This document shows, piece by piece, positions 1-9,198 of a stretch of DNA of 26,072 nucleotides. Position 1 is the first letter of the stretch, and the number at the start of each line of letters is the position of its first letter. Position numbers and translations under genes: made by a program. This stretch comes from an uncultured archaeon (lineage in GTDB: Archaea; Asgardarchaeota; Lokiarchaeia; Sigyniarchaeales; SOKP01): assembly GCA_964388035.1 (NCBI GenBank), contig CAYLZE010000058.1:1-26072 (forward strand), in the 5' to 3' direction. The notes beneath the pieces are model-generated. The model worked only from the letters and a program-made list of their open reading frames with translations, was not told the DNA's origin and did not search any database.

Positions 1-1
1 T

Positions 2-328
2 GAAGAAGCTTACTATCTTTCCGCTGTTCTTAATTCAAATTTTATCAATGAGCAAATCAAGATTAAAAGAAGTTCCCGACATATCTTCAAAATACCTTTC
101 GAAACTCCTATTAAAAAATATGATCCCTTTAATGAAAACCATGCTCTCTTAGCTAAATTGGCAAAGAAAGCCGAAAAAAAGGTTAAGAATAGCATTTTAA
201 CTGTTATTCAAAATAAAGGAAAAAAAGTATCGAAAAATTCCCTTCAAAACATTTGTTTACTAAAATTAAATGACATATTGGTTCAAATCGACAAATTAGT
301 CCGCAAGGATCTTGAAGGGGATGGTTAA
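2..328 (+). CDS. 3' fragment (5'-truncated by window) of a probable type IIG/Eco57I-like restriction-modification or N6-adenine methyltransferase, TaqI-C-like specificity region
   Basis: Not in the ORF track. Manual translation of frame 2 is open from base 2 to TAA 326-328: EEAYYLSAVLNSNFINEQIKIKRSSRHIFKIPFETPIKKYDPFNENHALLAKLAKKAEK...VQIDKLVRKDLEGDG. 'YYLxAVLNS' and 'IDxLV' are typical of these C-termini. Catalytic motifs lie outside the window. Confidence 0.6.
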   Translation, partial: EEAYYLSAVLNSNFINEQIKIKRSSRHIFKIPFETPIKKYDPFNENHALLAKLAKKAEKKVKNSILTVIQNKGKKVSKNSLQNICLLKLNDILVQIDKLVRKDLEGDG

Positions 329-441
329 ATTCATACTTGCATTTATACTCCCCACTTTTATACTGAAATTGAATATTAAATAAGAAAAAATATTGCTCAT
401 GTCCTCTTCTACCCCTTGATTTAAAATAATATACTGTTATT

Positions 442-1245
442 ATGAATGATGAATTAATTTTTTTAGGGACTGGTGGAGGAAGACATCATATCAGAACTCA
501 ATATCGGGCAACAGGTGGCATATTGTATCAAGTTAAGGGAATACAATGCCATTTAGACCCCGGACCAGGAGCTATCGTCAGAATTAATCAATTTAAGGAA
601 GATCCAACAAAAACGGAACTATTTATCGTGACTCACGCACATGTTGATCATTACAATGATTTAAGCGCCATGATCGAAGCTTCTCGAGAATCTTTCCATG
701 ATGAGAAGTATCATTATTATAAAAAGGGTGTGCTCCTTACAACGAAAGAAATGATTCATTTGACTCCCGCTTATCACCTCGACATGTTAGAAAAAGTAAT
801 AGAATTCAAAGCAGGAGATAAATACACGTATAAAGGAATTGAAATCATCGGCACAGAGGTCCATCATTCTAAACAAGAAGGTTTCGGAGTAATATTTAAA
901 GTAGAAGACTATTCCATTGCCTTCACCAGCGATACTATGGTGTTTAATGGATTTTCTAAACAATTTAATGGAGTGAATATCGTTGTTTTGAATCTGCTCA
1001 GACCGGACTCAGTTACATGTAAAAGACATCTATGTACGGATGAGGTCATCCCTTACCTCAATAAAATTACGCCCCCTCTCGATTGCCTGATTATCACGCA
1101 TTTTGGTTCTCTAATGGATGGTCCGCGCTCTGAATATAACCACGTCCCAGACCAAGTGATTAAACTTCAAAACCAAACTAACATTAAAAAAATAATCGCC
1201 GCTGAAGATGGAATGAAGCTGAATATAAAAAAGTTGCTTCATTAA
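442..1245 (+). CDS. MBL-fold metallo-hydrolase (RNase Z/PhnP-like group)
   Basis: N-terminal FLGTGG, LDPG, HAHVDH (HxHxDH), VHHS, TSDT and THF motifs. Confidence 0.9.
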   Translation: MNDELIFLGTGGGRHHIRTQYRATGGILYQVKGIQCHLDPGPGAIVRINQFKEDPTKTELFIVTHAHVDHYNDLSAMIEASRESFHDEKYHYYKKGVLLTTKEMIHLTPAYHLDMLEKVIEFKAGDKYTYKGIEIIGTEVHHSKQEGFGVIFKVEDYSIAFTSDTMVFNGFSKQFNGVNIVVLNLLRPDSVTCKRHLCTDEVIPYLNKITPPLDCLIITHFGSLMDGPRSEYNHVPDQVIKLQNQTNIKKIIAAEDGMKLNIKKLLH

Positions 1246-1324
1246 ATAGCAATATTGAGACAGAACTAAAGAAATTTAGTTATATTATGTATTAAATAAA
1301 AAGAACTACTATTATATCGAAAAG

Positions 1325-1510
1325 TTGGAACATGCATTAAAAGAATATCTTAATGATAAAATATCCCTTGGAAAAGCATGCGAGATCCCGGGTATTTCAA
1401 TATGGGAAATGATGGATGAGTTGAAAAAAAGGAATGTGACACTGAATTATGAGTTAGCCGACGCAGAACTAGAAATTGAAAGAATTCTGAAGAAATATCA
1501 TAAAAGTTAG
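1325..1510 (+). CDS. UPF0175-family small HTH protein (putative antitoxin), probably N-terminally truncated
   Basis: ALKEYLNDKISLGKACEIPGISIWEMMDELKKRNV fits the 'Y..GKISLGKAAE.AG.S..E....L..RG.' pattern. TTG start, in-frame TAG at 1277-1279 just upstream, no partner toxin visible. Confidence 0.7.
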   Translation: MEHALKEYLNDKISLGKACEIPGISIWEMMDELKKRNVTLNYELADAELEIERILKKYHKS

Positions 1511-1706
1511 TTATTTTTGAGAAAACATTATCAAAAATAATCAATCTCAAATATTATAATCCTAATCAAATACTACGGCCTCACTTTAGATTGTTTGAAG
1601 CTGCGATTATAATTTTAAAGATACTAATGAAAAATTAATGTTAAATATTCAGAAGAATGCCATATCATGAATTTATTCATTAATTTAAAAAAGGAAAAAG
1701 ATAGTT

Positions 1707-1817
1707 AGGGAGCAATGAAAATCGCAAAATTTTTTAAGAAAAAGGGAGAGAGTCCACTACTATGTTTAAAAGTGGACAGAGGGCGAAATCCAATGTGTCG
1801 ATTTTCATAGAATCCCT
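1707..1817. repeat. Nested inverted-repeat element (possible MITE remnant or structured RNA)
   Basis: ATGAAAATCG (1715-1724) is the exact reverse complement of CGATTTTCAT (1799-1808). It is extended by AGGGA (1707-1711)/TCCCT (1813-1817), with an inner hairpin GTCCACT (1752-1758)/AGTGGAC (1771-1777). Confidence 0.45.
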
Positions 1818-2247
1818 TCCTTGCATTAGATAAGAATTTTATACTATAAAAAGACTCCTTTTAAATCCAATTTTCTTGCTAACAGTACGAACAAGAAAAG
1901 ACAATTTAGTAAAATAAGATACTTATAAATAGTAATCATGGCATTTATCATAAATTATTTGACAATACCGACGTAACTAAAAATTTTATCATGAAGTGTT
2001 TCTGTTGAAAGGTTAGCAAGGAAGATCACGTTCATGAGAGATATCATCAATCACTTGTATGGACTTTCACTTTATATACTGTACTTATTTGGGTATTTTT
2101 TCTCTATCGTTGAGGAGGGATATGATAACAATTAATAAAGGCAAACAATTGAATGATAAGGAAAACTAACAAAAATATTTAGATTTTAGAAATGATGGAT
2201 GTTTTCATCTCATTAATTTTAAATAAGGGAATTTAGTTTTATAGTGT

Positions 2248-3072
2248 ATGAGTACTAGTAATAAGAAGGTATACCTATTTTTTATCATATTTTATGCATT
2301 TTTGATGATCTTCTCGACTATAGTATTTTTAACATTGCCCAATCCAATGTCATATCCGGAAGGGTTTTTTATCACGCCCGGAAATGTTCAATATGAGTGG
2401 ATCTTTGCGATTGTAATGCCCGGATTAATAGGTATCGTGATGGGATTGATCGCTATCTATATAATCTCAAAACCTTTCATAAAAATTTATATTAAAAGTC
2501 TGGGAAAAAAGAGTGAGATGAAATTGGTTGAATTAGAAGATTTAAATAATTCCTCCTTATTTCGAAAAATCTGGGTGCGTTCGATTATCTTGGGATTTTT
2601 TGTGGGAAATTTATGCTATACATTGGCAAGTCAAGAGGTGGTAGTTCAATTCATGCGAAGCGTGAGCTTATCAGAGCCCTACACTATTCCTGACGTGGAG
2701 ACAATGTGGCAATTAGCTTGGTTGATAATCATTCCTTGTAGTTTAATCGTGATTCCTATTTATGTGATGAGCAACGTAGGACTTGTAAGAGTTAGGAAAG
2801 TTCAGGGAGTACAATTTAAAGAAACAACATTAGCCAGTAGTCCTTTATACAGAGTAATAAAAGGATATGCTGGAATTGGATTTATTTATAATTTAGTTGT
2901 CATGATATTTTTTTGGGTGACTTCCTCCGCGCAGAATTCTGGTTTTGAGATAGCGATAATTATAGAGATTATTAGTCCGCTCATCGCAGCAGCATCAGCG
3001 TTTCCAGGAGTATTGCTTACAGAACATGCAATATCATATATAAGAGCTTACGTGCAAAAGGTTATTGTTTGA
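2248..3072 (+). CDS. Hypothetical integral membrane protein (about 6 TM helices)
   Basis: 274-aa ORF with about six hydrophobic segments and basic loops; no recognised motif. Confidence 0.75.
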   Translation: MSTSNKKVYLFFIIFYAFLMIFSTIVFLTLPNPMSYPEGFFITPGNVQYEWIFAIVMPGLIGIVMGLIAIYIISKPFIKIYIKSLGKKSEMKLVELEDLNNSSLFRKIWVRSIILGFFVGNLCYTLASQEVVVQFMRSVSLSEPYTIPDVETMWQLAWLIIIPCSLIVIPIYVMSNVGLVRVRKVQGVQFKETTLASSPLYRVIKGYAGIGFIYNLVVMIFFWVTSSAQNSGFEIAIIIEIISPLIAAASAFPGVLLTEHAISYIRAYVQKVIV

Positions 3073-3147
3073 AAGGGACAGAAGAGAAGTTAAATTATAA
3101 GCAGAAAGATGATAATCAAGCTATAATGCTTATAAAGTTATGAAGAA

Positions 3148-3978
3148 TTAAGAAAATCTATTTTTTAATTGATCCCTTAAATCCTCAACTTCAGTTTCCA
3201 ACTTCTTTGCCCTTTCTTCTGCTCCTTCAGCCCTTTTCTGTGCCTCTTCAGCCCTTTTCTGTGCCTCTTCAGCATTATGCTTTTCTTTTTCTGCTTTTGT
3301 TAAGAAAACTTGAAATTTATTAGGATCTAGTAAAATTAATCGGTATAATGCTTTATTCGATTCGTGAGTAGAATCCCTTTTTTTCAGTCCTAACCGAAAA
3401 GGAACAATTTTACTAACATCAATTACCGCATTTACATTTTTATTTGTTTCATCAATGGTGGTCTCACGCAATTCTTCAATATGATATTCTCCCGTAGGTT
3501 GGAGAATATAGGCTCGGAGAAAAGGCGGTTTATAATATTTATTTGCCACATGATACGCAGGAAACACAATATAGAGAGGAATCTTTAACTTACGGCAATA
3601 ATCTACAGTTTCTCCTATGTCCGTTTTCCACGTGGTTTTCGAAAGCACATTTATAGCCATAGTTGGGATACGGTTATCAAAATTTTTAGCTTTATAAGAA
3701 GAAAGTCTCTGAGATATTTCCATATCCTTAAAATAAGAAATATCAAATTGAAGGTCCATATCAAATTCGTCAATTGAAAAGTAGTGATGTAAATCCCACA
3801 TTACCCCGTCTTTGGTAAAATTAGTAGTTAATACATCATATAGATAATTAATTTCATCAGAATGAGGTTCGCTTTCTCTCCGTCCAAGTCTTGGTTTTGT
3901 AGGGTCAAAGTCATCTGGAGATATACTTTTATGACGTGTACTTTCAAAAGTTTCTGAAATATTTAATTTATCTTGCAT
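3148..3978 (-). CDS. Uma2-like (PD-(D/E)xK fold) protein with C-terminal coiled coil
   Basis: ESEPH...FDISYF...PTMAINVLSKTTWKTD...YCRKLKIPLYIVF parallels Uma2 'PD...P.L.VEVLS.ST...D...Y...GIPEY'. The AEEAQKR-repeat tail is typical of this family. Confidence 0.7.
   Translation of the reverse strand: MQDKLNISETFESTRHKSISPDDFDPTKPRLGRRESEPHSDEINYLYDVLTTNFTKDGVMWDLHHYFSIDEFDMDLQFDISYFKDMEISQRLSSYKAKNFDNRIPTMAINVLSKTTWKTDIGETVDYCRKLKIPLYIVFPAYHVANKYYKPPFLRAYILQPTGEYHIEELRETTIDETNKNVNAVIDVSKIVPFRLGLKKRDSTHESNKALYRLILLDPNKFQVFLTKAEKEKHNAEEAQKRAEEAQKRAEGAEERAKKLETEVEDLRDQLKNRFS
3225..3273. repeat. 21-bp tandem repeat (about 2.3 perfect copies) encoding AEEAQKR heptads
   Basis: CTTCAGCCCTTTTCTGTGCCT at 3225 and 3246, partial third copy at 3267, and a degenerate copy immediately to the left. 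Confidence 0.9.
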
Positions 3979-4400
3979 CTATTATACACGTGTATTCATT
4001 TAATGATATAATTGTATTTTTTCCCTCATGATTATATTAGAACTATAAGTATTTATTTTTATAGGAATATTCCTTCAAAAACAAAACGATTTAAAAAATT
4101 GTCTTTATAAAGTTTACATTTAAACTAATAAAAAAATAAAATCATTTATCGAAAAACAGAATAAGTAAAAAACCTTATTTTTAATGATTAACAATCATGT
4201 TAAAATTATTTATTTCAAATCTTTGAATAATTTACTCAAAAATAGCAAAAATAGTAAAAGAATTTTCAGAAGATTTTAAAGATCTAAACCTATTTCCAAG
4301 AACTACTATTGGAATATTTATTTATTATAAAGGTCGTTTTCATTCAATGGATTGATTAATTTTCTTCAAAAATAAAAGAAATGAAAAGATAATAAAATTA

Positions 4401-5233
<833 letters not shown>

Positions 5234-5501
5234 ATTTATTTTTTTCAAATCTAATTCTTATTGTTATTTATCATTGAAGTTATTATCTATGTATTTGTTA
5301 AGAAAAGAATTATCAAAAATTTTGGATAATTCCATTATAATGATGAAATTAGAGTAAAAATATTACATTATCTAAGCTGGCATTCGCAATCCTCTTTCAT
5401 AATTCATGATTACTACTTTCACCTAAGTGGAATAAATGCCAAGAAGAATTTTAAGTATTTTAAAATTATGCTTATAAGGGAAGTTACTAAATTAATCTTA
5501 A

Positions 5502-6410
5502 TCAATGGTTCACTACTACTTCATAACCATGCGATTCAATTCTTTCCATGATCGATTCGAGCATTTTTTCTGTTAAATCGCCCATATCTTTATATGATTC
5601 TCCTTTTCCTATTTTTTCATATTTAGTTTTTGCCATTTTATTATATGGCATTAAATGAACGGGCCCGAGATAATCATTTTCCTTGAGGAATTGAATTACA
5701 TTTTCGATTGATTCTATATCCGTATTAACGCCAGGAATAAGTGGAATTCTAGCAATTACTTTATCTTTTTTCTTGAGAGATACTATTTTTTTAAAATTGT
5801 TAAGGATTTTTTGATTAGATACCTTTGTAAATTGCTCATGAATCGAGGGATCAACGTGTTTGATATCGAAGAGAAACAGATCTACAAGCGGGATTAAGTC
5901 ATCCAATAAATTTTCATTAAAGTAACCACAAGTTTCAATTGCAGTATGAATCTTCTCCTTTTTTAGTGTTTCTAAGAGATTTATTAAGAATTTAAATTGC
6001 ATTGTAGGCTCTCCCCCCGAAATAGTTACTCCGCCTCCAGAATTATCATAAAATGGTTTATCAAGTTTTACAACATCCACTATCTCTTCAACCGTTTTTT
6101 CCTCTCCAATTCGTTCCATCACTCCATTGGGGCATTCTTCGACGCACTTACCGCAGTTTTTACAAAGAGAGAGATCTCGTATAACGCCATTCTCACCCAT
6201 TTGAAGTGCGTGATTAGGGCAAGCTTGCACGCAAATTCCACATTTTTGGCATTTTTCTTGAAAATAAGAGATTTGAGGTTCCATTAATTGGGATTCAGGA
6301 TTATGGCACCAAACACACCGCAAGGGGCATCCTTTCAGAAAGACTAAGCTTCGGATGCCTGGTCCATCATAAATGGCATAATTTTGAATATCAAAAATTA
6401 TTCCTTTCAT
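5502..6410 (-). CDS. Glycyl-radical enzyme activating enzyme (radical SAM, with 2x[4Fe-4S] ferredoxin insert)
   Basis: DGPGIR, GCPLRCVWCHNPESQ (CxxxCxxC), CQKCGICVQACP, CKNCGKCVEECP, GGVTISGGEP and HTAIETCG. Likely start is the ATG at 6410 (MKGIIFDIQ), 7 nt after the GRE stop, rather than 6455. Confidence 0.95.
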   Translation of the reverse strand: MKGIIFDIQNYAIYDGPGIRSLVFLKGCPLRCVWCHNPESQLMEPQISYFQEKCQKCGICVQACPNHALQMGENGVIRDLSLCKNCGKCVEECPNGVMERIGEEKTVEEIVDVVKLDKPFYDNSGGGVTISGGEPTMQFKFLINLLETLKKEKIHTAIETCGYFNENLLDDLIPLVDLFLFDIKHVDPSIHEQFTKVSNQKILNNFKKIVSLKKKDKVIARIPLIPGVNTDIESIENVIQFLKENDYLGPVHLMPYNKMAKTKYEKIGKGESYKDMGDLTEKMLESIMERIESHGYEVVVNH

Positions 6411-6417
6411 TGTAGTG

Positions 6418-9003
6418 TTAGACATTGATATGTTCTGTACGAGAAATGATTTCATCTTGAATTTCTTTTCCTAAATCCACAAAATATGCGCTATAACCTC
6501 CGACTTTCACGATTATATTGCGGTATTTTTCCGGATCTTTTTGAGCTGCTTGGAGCACGTCCGTTGAGACGACTGTAGGTTGTAATTGTTCTCCTCCCAT
6601 TGCAAAATAAGTACGTATCAGTGAGATCCATTTCTTTTTAGCTTCTTCGGTTTTTCCAATACCAGAGGGGTGCATTCTTATGTTTACCGCACAACCCATG
6701 ACGTGTTCATATTCCAATGCGGCAACGGAACGTAAAACTCCTGTAGGACCGTGTTCTTCCACATTATAAGGGTTACAACTTGCGGCAAAAGGACGTCCTG
6801 CCAACCTTCCATCCGGTGTTGCGATTGAAATTCTACCATCATACGTATGAGTGGTCATGCTATTAATGAAAGGAGCAACAAATCCCCCCTTGAACGTCTC
6901 ATACTTATAAGTTTCTTTGAACATGTGCTCGGTGACTTTTTTAGCCAGCTCATCGGATTCGGGATTTCCATTACCCCATTTGCCTTTTAAGTCTTGTATT
7001 AATTTAAAAATATATTCATAACCCCCCGTGAAATTATTATCTACAGCATCCACTAACTCTTTTAAAGTGAACTTTTTCTGTTCGAATACAAGCTTTTTGA
7101 TAACGTATAATGAATCCACGGTATTTGCAATACTAGTCATAAAGAGGATACCCTCGCAATCATAGATTGCTCCTCCTTCGGTCACGTCTTTTTTATTTTC
7201 AAGACAACCATCCATGAATGCAGAAATAAAGGGTGCCGGGAGATTTTCCGCATATAAGCGATCGCGTATGATGGAAGCATCCACGATTTTTTTAATCATA
7301 AAATCCGTTTGTGCGTAAAAACTTTGCAAGAATTCATCAAAAGAGTGGAAACTTTCGGGTTCTCCCGTTTTTAATCCTGAATCTTTTACCATACCTACTA
7401 AGGTTTGAGCATTTCCATCGCGTAGAGCCAGATCTAACGTGCGACATAAAAGAAGGGATGAAAAGCCTTCACCTCCCGTTTTTCCAGGAGCACACATGTC
7501 CACGCATCCCGTAATTGCATAAGTATTTGCATCCTCTTGGGTAAACCCTCGATTTAAAAGGGTTTTAACGCAGAGATCGTCATTCATTAAAGAAACGCTG
7601 GATACGCCATGGTAATGCAAATCTGCTATTTTCATTAATAAGTCTTCGGGCGTATTTTTATTGATTCTAACCGCAAAATTCAGTGATGCTTTCGAACGGT
7701 CGGCAGCTTCCAGCATCAAGTAAGTGAGAGGATTAGTGGCATCTTTCCCCTCCTTGGTAAGACCACTCAATGTTACCGGCTCAGAACCTTCGTATCTCTG
7801 GCTAAACTCCGTTGAAGCGTTTGAATAAGGACGCATATTGTGGCACATGACCTTTAAAAATAATTCTTCAAGTAATTCCCGCGCTTCCTTAGAATTGATT
7901 TTTCCGTCTTCTAAATCTTTTTTGTAATAGGGATAAAAAAGCTGATCCAGGCGTCCAGGTGCATGAACATTAAAGGGAATTGCTAACTCTACTGCGGTTT
8001 TGACCGTCCAATAAGATTGGATCGCTTCCTTAAAGGATTCTGCAGGATAAAGTGGAACTTTCTCGCAAATTTTCAGAATTTCAGTTAAAATTGCTAAGTG
8101 TTGGGAATCAGAAGTAAGTTTCATTTGTTCTTTAATTTTTCGAATGATTTGATTATTATAAAGGATCACTCCATCCAGGACAATATCGATGGACTTTAAG
8201 AAATCAACTTCTCTCTGCGTTAAATTTGCTCCTTCTGCTTCGAGAATCTCTTGTACCTCTTTTTTCACCCCTAGCAAGCCTTTTTTAATAGGCTTTTCAT
8301 GATTCAAGATTAAATGCCCTTGCCAAACACCAAGAGCCGAGCCGATTGATGTAACCATATCATTCTGAGCGGTAGTTCGGGGAAGATTTTCAATGAAATC
8401 TCCAAACTCTCCCGGATAAATCCCTTCTTCCTTAAATTTCTTTCCCAATAAATCTGCGATGGTCTTATCTTTCCAATAAGGTAAAAGTTCATTTTGAAGA
8501 ATTTCCTTATCTTCTTCTTTGATGCGATATGGATTTATTTTTCGTTTATCTAACGTATCCGTTCCTAACTCGGGCATTGCAGCACCAATTTTATTTGCGA
8601 AATCTATTAATTTTATCAAACTATCGGAGCCTTCTTTTGCAATCTTATATTTAGTGAAGTTCTTGGTACCTTCTCTTCCGAATTTTCTCATTGTTTTCTC
8701 ATCCAACTCAATTTCAAACACGCGATTGAATAGTCCTCTTTCGATGTCAATGGGAATGCCTAAAAAATTCTCAGTCCAGGTTCCGACAATTTTATCATCG
8801 GGATCGATATTTACATCCATGTGTTCATACACATTTTTCATTGCCAGGGCGACGCGTATACCCAAAGAGAGATTTTGATTTTCCGCGGCACGCCAACTTT
8901 CCGTATAATACTTTGCTCTTTGTATGGAAATTATTGGAATTTCATCCAATAATCTCCTCCTCAATTTCTTAATTTTTACGCTCGCGTTATCACTTAAATC
9001 CAT
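6418..9003 (-). CDS. Glycyl-radical enzyme (PFL-like superfamily), substrate unknown
   Basis: PGRLDQ, Cys loop TGCVDMC (Cys500), ATPDGR.AG.P and C-terminal Gly loop IVKVGGYSAYF...QDEIISRTEH (Gly836). Adjacent activase; AGGT upstream of ATG. Confidence 0.95.
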   Translation of the reverse strand: MDLSDNASVKIKKLRRRLLDEIPIISIQRAKYYTESWRAAENQNLSLGIRVALAMKNVYEHMDVNIDPDDKIVGTWTENFLGIPIDIERGLFNRVFEIELDEKTMRKFGREGTKNFTKYKIAKEGSDSLIKLIDFANKIGAAMPELGTDTLDKRKINPYRIKEEDKEILQNELLPYWKDKTIADLLGKKFKEEGIYPGEFGDFIENLPRTTAQNDMVTSIGSALGVWQGHLILNHEKPIKKGLLGVKKEVQEILEAEGANLTQREVDFLKSIDIVLDGVILYNNQIIRKIKEQMKLTSDSQHLAILTEILKICEKVPLYPAESFKEAIQSYWTVKTAVELAIPFNVHAPGRLDQLFYPYYKKDLEDGKINSKEARELLEELFLKVMCHNMRPYSNASTEFSQRYEGSEPVTLSGLTKEGKDATNPLTYLMLEAADRSKASLNFAVRINKNTPEDLLMKIADLHYHGVSSVSLMNDDLCVKTLLNRGFTQEDANTYAITGCVDMCAPGKTGGEGFSSLLLCRTLDLALRDGNAQTLVGMVKDSGLKTGEPESFHSFDEFLQSFYAQTDFMIKKIVDASIIRDRLYAENLPAPFISAFMDGCLENKKDVTEGGAIYDCEGILFMTSIANTVDSLYVIKKLVFEQKKFTLKELVDAVDNNFTGGYEYIFKLIQDLKGKWGNGNPESDELAKKVTEHMFKETYKYETFKGGFVAPFINSMTTHTYDGRISIATPDGRLAGRPFAASCNPYNVEEHGPTGVLRSVAALEYEHVMGCAVNIRMHPSGIGKTEEAKKKWISLIRTYFAMGGEQLQPTVVSTDVLQAAQKDPEKYRNIIVKVGGYSAYFVDLGKEIQDEIISRTEHINV

Positions 9004-9198
9004 AAATCATACCTGTTATATGCTTATTTTGCATTTTAATTTTAAGTGGGTTATAATAAACAAATCAGTAATTTTGAGAAACTATTAATAAGAAAAATAC
9101 TTGCCTTTTATTAAATATAATATATATTCTAAGAATACCTAAATATTTAGTTGCGGGTAAAGAAATCGATCCTTAATTTCTAATAAGAATCCAACTAC

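Noticed and set aside
13-195. Minus-strand 60-aa ORF and other short overlapping ORFs (1350, 4340, 5997, 7311, 8310, 8519, 9343, 9473, 9715, 10964, 12848, 15859, 16201, 16498, 17703, 18111, 21309, 23254, 24994)
   Set aside because: Antisense or out-of-frame shadows of well-supported genes, with no motifs.
3070-3145. Read-through or frameshift extension of the membrane protein past its TGA
   Set aside because: Only short, featureless extensions exist, and this cannot be supported without homologues.
3225-3273. CRISPR-like repeat
   Set aside because: Head-to-tail in-frame coding repeat without spacers; no cas genes in the window.
6418-9003. Calling the GRE pflB, cutC, hypD or bssA/assA
   Set aside because: It lacks PFL's CC, the CVE of eliminases, and the BssA-type Cys loop and small subunits.
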